Shown here: piece after piece, positions 18,072-28,890 of the stretch
How positions within the stretch are numbered: position 1 is the stretch's first letter
How the letters are laid out: each line of letters begins with the position of its first letter
Assembly: GCA_030668825.1 (NCBI GenBank)
Contig: DAOVET010000010.1
Coordinates: forward strand, 1-46,982
DNA length: 46,982 nt
Direction: 5' to 3'
Source: Candidatus Heimdallarchaeota archaeon
GTDB lineage: Archaea; Asgardarchaeota; Heimdallarchaeia; Heimdallarchaeales; Heimdallarchaeaceae
Made by a program: the position numbers and the translations under genes
Notes under the pieces: model-generated
Databases searched by the model: none
What the model was told of the DNA's origin: nothing
Seen by the model: the letters and a program-made list of their open reading frames with translations, nothing else

Positions 18072-20420
18072 CTAAAGGTTTTTTGATTGTTTCTTTCTCA
18101 CAAAAGGGTTCTTGTATCTTTTGAGTAAGAGTGAGTTTGTCACAACTGATACTGATGAAAGAGCCATAGCTAAGCCAGCCAATTCAGCTGGTAAAAGAAA
18201 ACCTATGGGAACTAAAATTCCCGCAGCTATTGGAATACCCAAAGTATTGTATATCAATGCCCAAAATAGACCCATTTTCACTTTTCTAATAGTTTTCTTA
18301 CTTAGGTCAATGGCAGTTACAACATCTCTCAAATCATCCTTAACAAGAACAATTTCACCAGTTTCGATGGCTACATCTGTTCCAGATCCAATAGCAATAC
18401 CTACATCAGCTTTAGCTAACGCTGGAGCATCATTAATCCCGTCCCCAACAAATAACACTTTCTGGTTTTTGCTCTGATAATTGGAAACTACATTTACTTT
18501 CTCTTCTGGCAAAACATCTGCGTGTATCTCATCTATACCAACTTCTGCAGCAATTGCTTTAGCAGCTCTAATGTTATCTCCGCTAACCATCACAACTTTC
18601 AAACCCATTTCTTGAAGCTTCAATATGGCTTCTTTTGAATTTGGTTTTATTGTGTCAGATATGGCAATTAAGCCAACTACATTCTTCTCACTGATTAGAA
18701 CCATAACTGTTTTGCCTTGATTTTCCAACTCGACCATTTTTTGTTCAATCACATCTTCAATAGAAGTTTCTAGAATATTACATAGTTTTCTATTTCCAAA
18801 AGAATAATGCTCGTTGTTTATTTCAGCTTCAATTCCCTTTCCAGGATGAGCTTTAAAGTTATCTATGTTACTAATTTTTATTTTCTCTTCTTCAGCTTCG
18901 TGCAATATGGCCTTAGCTATTGAGTGTTCAGATCCTTGTTCTAAAGATGCAGCAATTCTGAGGATATTTTTCTCACTTTGATCACTAGTTGTAGAAATTA
19001 CTTCAGTAACTTTAGGTGACCCTTCAGTGATTGTTCCTGTTTTATCAAAAAGAACAACATGAACATTCCGGGCTATTTCTAGAGCCTCCCCACTTCGAAT
19101 AAGAATTCCATTCTGTGCCCCTAGACCAGTACCTACCATAATGGCTGTTGGAGTTGCTAGCCCTAGAGCACAGGGGCAAGAAATCACCAATACTGTGATA
19201 GCTAATAGAAAAGAATAGAGAAATGTTGAACTTATTCCCGCAGAAACTCCACCAGTAATTGTGTTTATGTTGATAACTCCGAATTGAAATAACAAGAACC
19301 AGATTGTAAAGGTGATTAAAGAAATAACTACTACAGAAGGAACAAACCAAGCGGAAATTCTATCGGCTAATTTTTGAATTGGGATTTTTGATGTTTGAGC
19401 TTCGTCAACCATTTTGATTATCTGATTGAGTGTTGTATCAGCACCCACTCTCTTGGCAGCCATTTTAACAAAACCATTTTCATTAATTGTTCCGCCTATG
19501 AGAGAATCTTCAGGTTCTTTAAATACTGAAACGCTTTCTCCTGTGATCATACTTTCGTTAATATAGGATTGCCCTTCAATAATCATTCCATCAACAGGAA
19601 TACTATCTCCAGGTTTGATAATACAGATGTCACCTAAAACAACATCGTCTATTGGTATCTCAACTTCTTCACCATTACGAACAACTAAAGCAGTATCAGG
19701 ACGTAATTCTATTAATTTCTTAATAGCTTCAGAAGTTCTTCCTTTGGCTATTTCTTCCAAATATTTTCCTAGAAAAATGAAAGTTAAAAGTATCGCAGAA
19801 GTTTCAAAGAACACTGAACCATGGTATTCTGTATTACTGATTGCATAAAATATAGAAAATAGACTATAGAAATATGCTGCACTTGTTCCGAGCACAACAA
19901 GAACATCCATAGATGCACTTTTGTTTATTAGACTCTTCCAAGCTGCTTTGTAAAATGGATAGGCAATAATGAATTGAATAGGAGTTGTAAGAATTAGTTG
20001 TAAGAAATTGGATAGAAGCATATTAGGAAAGATGGTAGTATTCATAAGCCAATCAGCAAAAACTGGAAACCAAAGGTTAAAGGGTGGCATATGACCCATT
20101 GCAAAGATGAAAATAGGTAAAGCTAGAACTAAACTTGCTAGGAATCTCCAGCGCATGTCAATTAACTGTTTATTCTTCATGAATGATAGCTGATCAACAT
20201 CAAAAGAGGCTTTATAGCCAGCTTTTTCAACTGCTTTAATGATTTGTTTCTCTTTTGCAATTGCTGGATCATAGATGAGTTGAGCATTGTGGCTTATCAG
20301 ATTAACAGCTGCAGAATCGACACCTTTTACAGAGGATATAGCCTTCTCTATTCTAGTTACACATGCAGCACAGTGCATTCCTTCCAAAGCGATAGTCTTT
20401 TTTTCTACATTTTCTTCCAA
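18072..20420 (-). CDS. copA: Cu(I)-translocating P1B-type ATPase
   Basis: HMA GMHCAAC, TGES, CPCALGLATP, DKTGT, SEH, GDGINDAPAL, YN and MALSS. Confidence 0.95.
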   Translation of the reverse strand: MEENVEKKTIALEGMHCAACVTRIEKAISSVKGVDSAAVNLISHNAQLIYDPAIAKEKQIIKAVEKAGYKASFDVDQLSFMKNKQLIDMRWRFLASLVLALPIFIFAMGHMPPFNLWFPVFADWLMNTTIFPNMLLSNFLQLILTTPIQFIIAYPFYKAAWKSLINKSASMDVLVVLGTSAAYFYSLFSIFYAISNTEYHGSVFFETSAILLTFIFLGKYLEEIAKGRTSEAIKKLIELRPDTALVVRNGEEVEIPIDDVVLGDICIIKPGDSIPVDGMIIEGQSYINESMITGESVSVFKEPEDSLIGGTINENGFVKMAAKRVGADTTLNQIIKMVDEAQTSKIPIQKLADRISAWFVPSVVVISLITFTIWFLLFQFGVININTITGGVSAGISSTFLYSFLLAITVLVISCPCALGLATPTAIMVGTGLGAQNGILIRSGEALEIARNVHVVLFDKTGTITEGSPKVTEVISTTSDQSEKNILRIAASLEQGSEHSIAKAILHEAEEEKIKISNIDNFKAHPGKGIEAEINNEHYSFGNRKLCNILETSIEDVIEQKMVELENQGKTVMVLISEKNVVGLIAISDTIKPNSKEAILKLQEMGLKVVMVSGDNIRAAKAIAAEVGIDEIHADVLPEEKVNVVSNYQSKNQKVLFVGDGINDAPALAKADVGIAIGSGTDVAIETGEIVLVKDDLRDVVTAIDLSKKTIRKVKMGLFWALIYNTLGIPIAAGILVPIGFLLPAELAGLAMALSSVSVVTNSLLLKRYKNPFVRKKQSKNL

Positions 20421-20483
20421 AAGTGGGTCCCTTCTTACTTATAATTATTGAGGATTTATAACAATATTACCTACTAAAACCTG

Positions 20484-20705
20484 TTAAGCAACTGAAGCTT
20501 TGTAACCAGCTTCCTCAATAACTTTTATCATCTCTTCAGTAGTAGTTTTTCCTGATTTATACTCAACAACAGCTGTACTTGTTTCTAGATTTACTTCTGC
20601 AGATTTTACACCAGAAATATCTTTCAGAGCCTTTGCTACTGACATTTGACAATGACCACAAGTCATTCCAGTTACATTTAGGGTTAGTTTATCCATATTC
20701 ATCAA
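20484..20705 (-). CDS. copZ: copper chaperone
   Basis: GMTCGHC HMA domain directly upstream of copA. Confidence 0.9.
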   Translation of the reverse strand: MMNMDKLTLNVTGMTCGHCQMSVAKALKDISGVKSAEVNLETSTAVVEYKSGKTTTEEMIKVIEEAGYKASVA

Positions 20706-20858
20706 TTTAACCTACCATTTCACTTTATAATAGCTATTGGTTTTACAAAAATTTAGATTTCTTTAGATATTATATATTCAAATTTGCTGTAAATCGTAAT
20801 CCATATAAGAACCTAGAAATTTTAGATTGAGATATACAATCTTACAAGTTCAAAAGGA

Positions 20859-21083
20859 TTAGATAATCATTGCTGAAAAACCTAGAGCGATTATTATAGT
20901 TTTGATTTTTTTACTTGTTATCCGTTCTGGATCAATAGAAACTGAAGCATTTCTCTCTTCAAAGTTTATTTCAATAGCTTCCACTCCTGCTGTAAAATCA
21001 AGTGCTTGTTTGATAATGTTTGCACATCTCTTACAGTGTATATCAGGAATATCAAGTACTAAATCTTGAGTCATTGTTCTCAT
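20859..21083 (-). CDS. second stand-alone HMA-domain protein
   Basis: DIHCKRC variant metal-binding motif, C-terminal LGF. Confidence 0.8.
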   Translation of the reverse strand: MRTMTQDLVLDIPDIHCKRCANIIKQALDFTAGVEAIEINFEERNASVSIDPERITSKKIKTIIIALGFSAMII

Positions 21084-21180
21084 TTTAACTAATGAAGTTT
21101 AACTTATTAAACTAACTGATGAACAAAAATCAGCATTCTTCTGCATAAAAGTTTTATAACTTCTTAAAATCCTAAATTCC

Positions 21181-22473
21181 ATGAGAAAAAGGCTTACAGC
21201 AAGAACTACAATTTCAATTGTATTATTAACTTTTGCAGGAGAAATGGCTTGGAGCGTTGAAAATCAATATTTCAATGTTTTTATGTATAATGAGATAGCA
21301 GCAAATCCTACATATATCTCATGGATGGTTGCGATGAGTGCAATAACTGCGACTCTCACAGCAGTTTTTCTTGGTGCCCTCTCAGATAAAATAGGAAAAA
21401 GAAAAGTTTTCTTTGTGATTGGTTTACCTCTTTGGGCAATTACTACAGCAATTTTTCCATTAGCTGGATTGTTGAAACCCGTTTTACTTGCTGTATCTAT
21501 AGCTATTCTTTTTGACTGTGTAATGACTTTCTTTGGTTCTATGTCGAATGATGCTGCTCTGAAAGCATATTCTACTGATGTAACAACTTTAGATAACAGA
21601 GGAAAAATAAACGCAGCAATGGAAGTAGCATTACTTGTTGCAGTACTAGTTGTTTATGGTGGTTCAGGATTAATTATTGAGAAACTAGGATATTATGCGT
21701 TATTCTACATTATAGGAGGTGTTGTAGGGGTTCTAGGAACCCTTGGAGCTTTTCTAGCAAAAGATCCTGAGATACAACCTAGTGAAAAGAGTTATTGGCA
21801 AAATCTCAAATCAACTTTCAGTCTAACAGAACTTAAGCAGAATAAGAACGCACTTTTAGTCTTCATTGGAGTAATGATCAGAGGAATAGCATTCAATATT
21901 TTCTTCCCCTATATTATCATCTATTTACAATACCACCTAGAATTTTCAATAACTCAATCATCGATGATTATCTTCATTTCTTTACTTGTAGCCATTTTAG
22001 CTGCAATTCCCGTTGGTTATTTGATTGATAAAATAGGAAGAAAGCTGATTGCGTTTATTTCAATAGGGTTGGAAGCTGTAGCTCTTATATTATTTGCAAT
22101 TCCAAAAGGTAACGAAAATTTCATTTTACTAGCAATCATCGGAGTTTTCATGATGATAGCAATGATGTTGTGGGATGTTGCTGTACTTACTTGGACAAAA
22201 GATTTGTATCCTGAAGAAAAGAGAGGTCAATTCGCAGGTTTGTTCATGATATTTTTTGTTTTAATCCCTATGACCATTGGACCTTTCATTGGTGGTATAA
22301 TAGCAAAAACAACTGGTGAAACCTTTCCTGATCCACTTACAGGACAATTGGGCTTCATACCACCACCGTTATTATTTATTATTGCAGGCATTCTGATGAT
22401 TCCTGCAGTTATTCCATTAATATGGGCTAAAGACTTGAAGAAGGATAAAAGAAAACCTGAGGAGATTATTTAA
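21181..22473 (+). CDS. MFS transporter, possibly sugar/glycoside
   Basis: About 12 TM; GALSDKIGKRK and GYLIDKIGRK; convergent with the GH2 gene. Confidence 0.9.
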   Translation: MRKRLTARTTISIVLLTFAGEMAWSVENQYFNVFMYNEIAANPTYISWMVAMSAITATLTAVFLGALSDKIGKRKVFFVIGLPLWAITTAIFPLAGLLKPVLLAVSIAILFDCVMTFFGSMSNDAALKAYSTDVTTLDNRGKINAAMEVALLVAVLVVYGGSGLIIEKLGYYALFYIIGGVVGVLGTLGAFLAKDPEIQPSEKSYWQNLKSTFSLTELKQNKNALLVFIGVMIRGIAFNIFFPYIIIYLQYHLEFSITQSSMIIFISLLVAILAAIPVGYLIDKIGRKLIAFISIGLEAVALILFAIPKGNENFILLAIIGVFMMIAMMLWDVAVLTWTKDLYPEEKRGQFAGLFMIFFVLIPMTIGPFIGGIIAKTTGETFPDPLTGQLGFIPPPLLFIIAGILMIPAVIPLIWAKDLKKDKRKPEEII

Positions 22474-22481
22474 TCTCTTTC

Positions 22482-24263
22482 TCAATCTTCTTGATAGAGC
22501 TGATCATTGCAAGCTTTCACGCGAGAAAAATCTAGTTTTGGAATTTTTCTATCATAGGTTATTAATCCGTTTACTTCCTGCTCTACATCAGTAAGCTGAG
22601 TATAGATAGCAGCTCCTAAACCTGCATATTTCAAAACCAATGTTTCAACTAAAATTTCTGCATACTTGTCGGATAGTTCTTCACGTGTCTTCAGTGTCTT
22701 GTAAGTCCAAGTTTTTTTAGGATTCCAAATATGTCCCTCTTCTTTATAACCTAATCCTCCAAACTCTCCTAGAACTGCTACTCTGTAGTATTCTCTTTCA
22801 GGCATTGCAGGACCAATATATTTGTGAGCATCAATAATATCACCAGTTTTTTTATCAACCCACCCGCTAACACTATCAATCAAGCGAGAATTATCTAGAA
22901 TACGGACATAATCAGTAACTTGCTTTGTTTCGAATTGTCCCCATCCTTCATTGAAAGGAACCCAAACTAAGATAGAAGGATGATTATAAAGAGAATCGAT
23001 CATCTCTTTCAGCTCTGCATAAAATTGCGTTCTCACTGATTTCCTATATCTTCCGTATCTGAAACTTAGTTTTCCGCCAAAAAAGAATCCTAAGAAACCT
23101 GCAAAAAAACTACCTCCATTTGGCATATCTTGCCAAACTAACATACCCATTTTATCACAATGATAATACCATCTTGATGACTCAGTTTTAACATGTTTTC
23201 TTATCATATTGAAGCCGTATTTTTGGGCTAGTTCAATGTCAAATTTTAGAGCTTCATCTGTGGGAGCTGTGTAAAGACCATCAGGCCAGTATCCTTGATC
23301 TAATACTCCATAGTGAAACAAAATCTCATTGTTTAAAGCTAATCTAGGAAAACCAAAATCATCATGCATGATGCTTATTTTTCTCATTCCAAAATAGCTA
23401 TCAACCTTATCAATAACTTCTCCCTTTCTAAGTATTTCAATACTCAAATCATACAAAAATGGATTTTCTGGAGACCAGAGGATTTGATTTGGTACACTTA
23501 AAATATAGGATTTCTTTTCAGTGAATAGTTCCTTGTTTATAATACTCCCTTGTGATTTGATACTAATTCGGATTTCATCATCGTTCTTTAAATTCTCAAA
23601 AATGGGAGAAATCTTAATTTGTGCATTATCAATATCTGGAACTAGAAAGAGTTTTTCTATTCTAGTTTTTGGTACAGGTTCTAACCATACTGTTCCCCAA
23701 ATACCTGAAACAGCTGTATAAAAAATCAGCCAAGATTTTAACCTCTGCTTTCCTCTTTCTTGTCTACCCTTATTTGTTGGATCCCAGACTGAAACGACTA
23801 TTTCATTTGATTCTGCGAATTTTACAAACTTGGAAATCTCAAAACTGAATGGAACATAACCTCCTTTATGTTCTCCAACAAAATCCCCATTTAACCAAAT
23901 TTGAGCTTTCCAGTCAACTGCACCAAAATGAAGAAGAAGATTTTGTCCTTTCCAAGCTTCAGGGATGTCAAAATGCCTTCTATACCACAAAAGTTGATTA
24001 GGTCGGAGAGGTTTTTTCGCTCCAGAAAGAGCAGATTCTACTGCAAAAGGAACAAGGATTTGACCATCATAGGAAGTTACTTCTTGTGCATTCTTAGAGG
24101 TTATTGCATAATCCCACAACCCATTGAGATTTAACCATCCTACTCTTTTGAGCTGTGGTCTAGGATACTCAGGTAAAGGATTATCAGGATCTACTTTGGA
24201 TGCCCAATCTGTAACTAAACCATCCTTAACTACAGCCCATTCTTTCTGAGAATTTTCAGTCAT
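22482..24263 (-). CDS. glycoside hydrolase family 2
   Basis: EYPRPQ..NLNGLW, LHFGAVDW, H.GGY, LWSPE.P.LY, GFNMIRKH, WVPFNEGWGQ, GEFGG. Confidence 0.9.
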   Translation of the reverse strand: MTENSQKEWAVVKDGLVTDWASKVDPDNPLPEYPRPQLKRVGWLNLNGLWDYAITSKNAQEVTSYDGQILVPFAVESALSGAKKPLRPNQLLWYRRHFDIPEAWKGQNLLLHFGAVDWKAQIWLNGDFVGEHKGGYVPFSFEISKFVKFAESNEIVVSVWDPTNKGRQERGKQRLKSWLIFYTAVSGIWGTVWLEPVPKTRIEKLFLVPDIDNAQIKISPIFENLKNDDEIRISIKSQGSIINKELFTEKKSYILSVPNQILWSPENPFLYDLSIEILRKGEVIDKVDSYFGMRKISIMHDDFGFPRLALNNEILFHYGVLDQGYWPDGLYTAPTDEALKFDIELAQKYGFNMIRKHVKTESSRWYYHCDKMGMLVWQDMPNGGSFFAGFLGFFFGGKLSFRYGRYRKSVRTQFYAELKEMIDSLYNHPSILVWVPFNEGWGQFETKQVTDYVRILDNSRLIDSVSGWVDKKTGDIIDAHKYIGPAMPEREYYRVAVLGEFGGLGYKEEGHIWNPKKTWTYKTLKTREELSDKYAEILVETLVLKYAGLGAAIYTQLTDVEQEVNGLITYDRKIPKLDFSRVKACNDQLYQED

Positions 24264-24312
24264 ATTCCAGAAAAAACAGATTTACTATAAAATTGTTCTG
24301 TAGAAAAGATAA

Positions 24313-24492
24313 ATTCTTGCATCAGGACTCATGTTCATAATAGTAACCAAAGTGAAGAAGATGGATCAAACAGCTCTAGTTCGAGAAGAAGAAATGAAAT
24401 TATTCAAAGAGAGTCAAGAAAGAGCAAAAGAAAAACAAACTTTTGCTTTTGTAACAGCTGATGTTGAAGAAGTTTATGTACTTCTATCTTAA
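24313..24492 (+). pseudogene. last TM and tail remnant of an MFS paralog of 25880-27334
   Basis: ILASGLMFIIVTKVKKMDQTALVREEEM resembles IALAGTVGLIVIKYMNLEKIAQLREEEM of the intact MFS. Confidence 0.55.
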
Positions 24493-24551
24493 CTTTAAGA
24501 TTCTCCCAAAATAGTTTTATAATTCTAAAATGTCTCATAAATTGTGGTTTT

Positions 24552-25406
24552 ATGGCAAAAAAAATCAAATATGGGATAGTCACCCCCAATATTGGAGAAT
24601 TTTATGGGTCAATTGATAACTTAGTTAATATATCACAAAAAATAGAAACAGCTGGATGGAATGGACATTTCATATGGGATTGGATACTTGGGAGTAAAGA
24701 TCCAATTCATCAAATAGCAGATCCATGGATAGCATTAACTGCGATGGCATCTAGAACTAAAAAAATAAAATTAGGAACAACTATTACTCCAATTCCTAGA
24801 CGTCGACCTTGGAAATTAGCTCGAGAAACTGTATCTTTAGATCGTTTTTCAAATGGGAGATTAATATTGGGAGTAGGTTTAGGCTTTCCTCCTGAAGAAG
24901 AATTTGCAGCATTTGGTGAAGAGTCAGATATTAAAATAAGAGCTAAAAAGATGGATGAAGGACTGGACGTTTTATTAGGTCTGTGGAGTGGAAAAAAATT
25001 CAGCTACAATGGTAAGTATTATAAAATTGACAATGTAACTTTCTTACCTAAAGCCTTACAAACTCCGCGAATACCTATCTGGGGGGCTGGAACGTGGCCT
25101 CGTAGGAAACCTTTCATTAGGAGTGCGAAGCTGGATGGAGTTGTACCACTGGATAATGATGATTTCATTCCAACACCTAAAACACTACTAGAGATTATCT
25201 CATTTATCAAAGAACATCGTCCTAACATGAGGGATTTTGATATTGTAGCTAGTGTTCGTACTATAGGAATTGATTCTCAAAAACGAGAAGAATTGTTATC
25301 AGAGTATATTGATGTTGGAGCTACTTGGTTAGTAGAATCATTAGATGAATCCACAGATAAAACAGAATGTTTTGACTTTATAGAACAAGGACCTCCTGAA
25401 ATTTGA
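24552..25406 (+). CDS. LLM-class flavin/F420-dependent oxidoreductase
   Basis: DPWIALTAMA.RT..IKLGT, RRRPWKLARET.SLD.FS.GRLILGVG.G, PRIPIW. Confidence 0.9.
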   Translation: MAKKIKYGIVTPNIGEFYGSIDNLVNISQKIETAGWNGHFIWDWILGSKDPIHQIADPWIALTAMASRTKKIKLGTTITPIPRRRPWKLARETVSLDRFSNGRLILGVGLGFPPEEEFAAFGEESDIKIRAKKMDEGLDVLLGLWSGKKFSYNGKYYKIDNVTFLPKALQTPRIPIWGAGTWPRRKPFIRSAKLDGVVPLDNDDFIPTPKTLLEIISFIKEHRPNMRDFDIVASVRTIGIDSQKREELLSEYIDVGATWLVESLDESTDKTECFDFIEQGPPEI

Positions 25407-25743
25407 AAACAAATTATTATGAGTGTTCAAAAGTAGAAACTGAAGATAAAAAAGAAAAATAACACGTCTCTTTGGTTTTTTTTATTTAATTTTAGCTAAT
25501 TTTCTTACTATCCAGTTTTTTAACTGAGAATAGAGCAGTTTAGCTTATTCTATCTCAGCTTTAACCTTTCAGCTTAAGCTATTCACTTTTGCTTTGAAAC
25601 CATTCACTATAAAATTAGCTGATTCAATAGAACCATTTCTCTAATAAACTTAAGTATCAGCCCCTTAAACTTATGATTTTTAAAACTCCTTAATAAACAA
25701 GAATTTTATCGTAAATTATCAAACAAAAAGGAATGCATGAAAA

Positions 25744-25869
25744 ATGAAAGTGTATCAAAAAGCAAAACGAACTCACAAAACATCTAAAATTGAATATTGG
25801 TCATTTGGTGGTCACTTCTTCTCAACACTCTCTAATAGACTGACCACTGATAGTTCAATTAGAAGATAA
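25744..25869 (+). other. possible 41-codon upstream ORF and hairpin in the MFS leader
   Basis: MKVYQKAKRTHKTSKIEYWSFGGHFFSTLSNRLTTDSSIRR*, ending 10 nt before the MFS ATG; contains GTGGTCA/TGACCAC. Confidence 0.25.
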
Positions 25870-25879
25870 AGGTGTAGCT

Positions 25880-27334
25880 ATGAAGAATGTTCAGCCTGCA
25901 AATGAACTTACTGATGATATTACAGCTGAGGAAAAGAAACCCAACCCCCTTGCTTTGCTAAGAAGTTGGGATTTCTCAGCATTATTTCTTGGAGGATTTA
26001 TTAGTAATGTAGGCTCTTATTTGACAAGTGTAGCAATAATATTCATGGGGTTAGTATTTACAAGTAGTTTAACTGAAAATGAAGCAACACGAGCAATAGC
26101 TTTAATGACTACTTTCACTTTAATTCCAATGTTAATATTAGGACCTATTGCTGGAGTCCTTGTAGATAAATTTGACCGTAAAAAGGTAATGATAATCGCT
26201 GATTTTCTAGGAGCTTTAGCTGCTTTTGGTCTGATAATGGCAACACAGATGTGGCATTTGTATATATTCGCTCTTTTCAACTCATCTGTTAGACAATTCT
26301 TCTATCCTGCTAAAACAGCCAGTATTCCTATGTTAGTTAAACAAGATCAGCTTTTATCCGCTAATGGTTTTATTCAAACAACCAGCCAGCTTTCCAGATT
26401 GATTGGACCTTTGCTTGCAGGATTTCTTATAGCTGCTTTTGGATTTGATATATCCTTCATAATAGATGGTTGTTCATACTTCGTATCTGCAGCTTTATTA
26501 TTTACTATAAGGAAAAATCTAAAGCCTGAGAAAACAGAAGATAAAGTCACTTTACGAAGCGTAGGGACTGGATTAAAAGATGGATTCAGGTTAGCATTTA
26601 CTGACAAAATAATTACCTTTGTTATAGTTCTGTTTTCATTTACAATACTCATGATAGGAATGATAGACCCACTGATCGTTCCTTACATGAATTTCGAATT
26701 TGGCGTAGGCGAAAAAGAATTTGGAATGATGATGAGCTTTGCAGCTATAAGTGGTCTAATACTTGCAATTATTCTATCTGTGAAAGGACAACTCAAGCGA
26801 AAGTTAACTTTCTTGTCTGTTACTATTTTAATAGCAAGTCTCTGTTTAACTTTCTTAGCCATCGCACCATTTGCACCAGGAGGTGTAGTGTGGATATGGA
26901 TGGGAATGATACTAGTGGGGTGTATCAATGTTGGTTTTAACCTTCCATTCGCTACCCTCATTCAAAGAATCGTTCCAAACAAGGATTTAGGTAAGATTTC
27001 AGGAGTTATAGATACAGTGATTACTGCTGCATCTGTAACCGCTTCTGTAATAGCAGCAACTTTAGCAGGTGTTATTCCCACAAGTTGGATATTTATCATC
27101 ATAACTATCTGTATTGCACTAGCTGGAACTGTAGGATTAATTGTAATAAAGTATATGAATTTGGAAAAGATTGCTCAACTCCGCGAAGAAGAAATGATAG
27201 CAATCTTAGAACAGAAAGAGAAAGAAAGTATAGAAGTTGAGAAAATAGCTGATTTCGACGAACAAGCAAAGCTCACCTTTGATGAGATATTGGGCGAGGA
27301 AGGAACTCCTTCCCCCAAACCATCTCTAGATTGA
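25880..27334 (+). CDS. MFS transporter (DHA3/MefA/EntS-like efflux)
   Basis: ISNVG, GPIAGVLVDKFDRKKVM, FFYPA..A.IP.LV, L..ANG, IGPLLAG; acidic tail. Confidence 0.88.
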   Translation: MKNVQPANELTDDITAEEKKPNPLALLRSWDFSALFLGGFISNVGSYLTSVAIIFMGLVFTSSLTENEATRAIALMTTFTLIPMLILGPIAGVLVDKFDRKKVMIIADFLGALAAFGLIMATQMWHLYIFALFNSSVRQFFYPAKTASIPMLVKQDQLLSANGFIQTTSQLSRLIGPLLAGFLIAAFGFDISFIIDGCSYFVSAALLFTIRKNLKPEKTEDKVTLRSVGTGLKDGFRLAFTDKIITFVIVLFSFTILMIGMIDPLIVPYMNFEFGVGEKEFGMMMSFAAISGLILAIILSVKGQLKRKLTFLSVTILIASLCLTFLAIAPFAPGGVVWIWMGMILVGCINVGFNLPFATLIQRIVPNKDLGKISGVIDTVITAASVTASVIAATLAGVIPTSWIFIIITICIALAGTVGLIVIKYMNLEKIAQLREEEMIAILEQKEKESIEVEKIADFDEQAKLTFDEILGEEGTPSPKPSLD

Positions 27335-27416
27335 AATCGAATATTTTTCTCACTTTCTCTTTTCTTTTTTAAATTATCAAAAAATAGAAAAAAATAGTAT
27401 AGAGGAGATTTTAGTT

Positions 27417-28742
27417 TTATGCTCTCTCTGGTTGTTTTTTCAGTCCAAGCTTTTCTGCATATCCATCCATATCTAGAAAACCATGCCCACTTACGTTGAA
27501 TAAGATAGTTTTCTTCTCGTTATTTTCTTTACATTTGATTGCTTCATCTATTGCACAGGCAACACTATAGGCTGATTCAGGTGCAGGTAAGAATCCTTCA
27601 GCTTGAACAAATTCTTTAGCCCTTTGGAAGATGTAATTTTCATCAACAGGATACGCAATTGTGTCAATATATCCAAGGTGTCTCAAAAGACTCACAATCG
27701 GGGAACTTCCGTGATACCTAAGGCCATCTCCCAATATTGGGACCATAGTTACTTGATGACCAAGAGTACACATTTTCAGCATTGGTGTCATCTCTGCATG
27801 ATCAGCAAAGTCATACCTGTATTCTCCTTGTAAGTTAGGAGCTGCTTCACTTTGTGCAGCAATAAACTGAATATCTGCTTTCTTTTTCAGTACATCCTGC
27901 ATCCAGGGTAAGGCAATTCCACCAAAGTTACTTCCTCCACCTAGGCATGAAATAACTACATCAGGGTATTCTCCAGCTATTTCCATTTGTTTTTTAGTCT
28001 CTAAACCTATAATTGATTGATGTAACATTACATGATTCAAAACAGATCCAAGACAATAAACAGCCTTGGGATCTTTTTTAGCATCTTCTAATCCTTCAGA
28101 AATAGCTATGCCTAATGATCCATTATGGTCAGGATTTTCAGCATATAATTTCTTACCGAACTCAGTTTGCTGGCTTGGAGATGCATATACATCAGCGCCA
28201 AACATTTGCATGAAGTTCAATCTATGAGGTTTCCATCTATAAACAGCTCTAACCCAAAAAATAGTACATTCGAGCCCAACTAAACTAGATGCATAAGCGA
28301 GGGCATTACCCCATTGACCAGCTCCTGTTTCAGTTGTAAGGCGCTCAAATCCTTGTTCTTTTGCATAATAAGCTTGTGCAAGAGCAGTATTTACTTTGTG
28401 ACTACCTGTCGGGCTGTAAAATTCTGATTTATAAAATAGTTTTGCGGGAGTACCTAGTTTCTTTTCTAGATTCTTGGCTCTGAAAAGTGCTCGAGGTCTT
28501 CCTGCGGCTAAGTATAACTCCTGAATTCCTTCAGGAATAGGGATCCATCGCTCTCCAGACATCTCTTGTTTTAGACATTCACCAACCAGGAGATTGGGAA
28601 GATCATTAACTCGAGAATACCCTTCAGGTGGATCCATCGGGGGTGGCAGAGGTTCAGGTAAATCAGGAATGATGTTATACCATTTATCAGGTAGTTCATC
28701 GGCTTTTAGAATTATAGATCTATCATCTGTCATTTTCTTCAC
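27417..28742 (-). CDS. trpB2: tryptophan synthase beta chain type 2
   Basis: WYNI.PDLP, SPTGSHKVNTA, TTETGAGQWG, GGGSNFGG, GLRYHG, APES, SGHG; no trpA nearby. Confidence 0.92.
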   Translation of the reverse strand: MKKMTDDRSIILKADELPDKWYNIIPDLPEPLPPPMDPPEGYSRVNDLPNLLVGECLKQEMSGERWIPIPEGIQELYLAAGRPRALFRAKNLEKKLGTPAKLFYKSEFYSPTGSHKVNTALAQAYYAKEQGFERLTTETGAGQWGNALAYASSLVGLECTIFWVRAVYRWKPHRLNFMQMFGADVYASPSQQTEFGKKLYAENPDHNGSLGIAISEGLEDAKKDPKAVYCLGSVLNHVMLHQSIIGLETKKQMEIAGEYPDVVISCLGGGSNFGGIALPWMQDVLKKKADIQFIAAQSEAAPNLQGEYRYDFADHAEMTPMLKMCTLGHQVTMVPILGDGLRYHGSSPIVSLLRHLGYIDTIAYPVDENYIFQRAKEFVQAEGFLPAPESAYSVACAIDEAIKCKENNEKKTILFNVSGHGFLDMDGYAEKLGLKKQPERA

Positions 28743-28890
28743 CTAGTTTTTTAACAAATTAGTTCTGATAACTGAAATTATAAATCTTTTGTGTATCTTT
28801 GCCACCTTAGATGAAGAGAAAATATCTTAAAATGACCTATTATAGCTGATATTACTGTAGTTTTTATAGTCAACTCTAGAGAAAATATGG

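Noticed and set aside
28743-28890. Shared left-end hairpin or tnpA for the two tnpB loci
   Set aside because: Only short matches (CTAGAGAA before both starts; ATTATAGCT shared with the orphan RNA), too weak in AT-rich DNA; no Y1 or serine transposase ORF.
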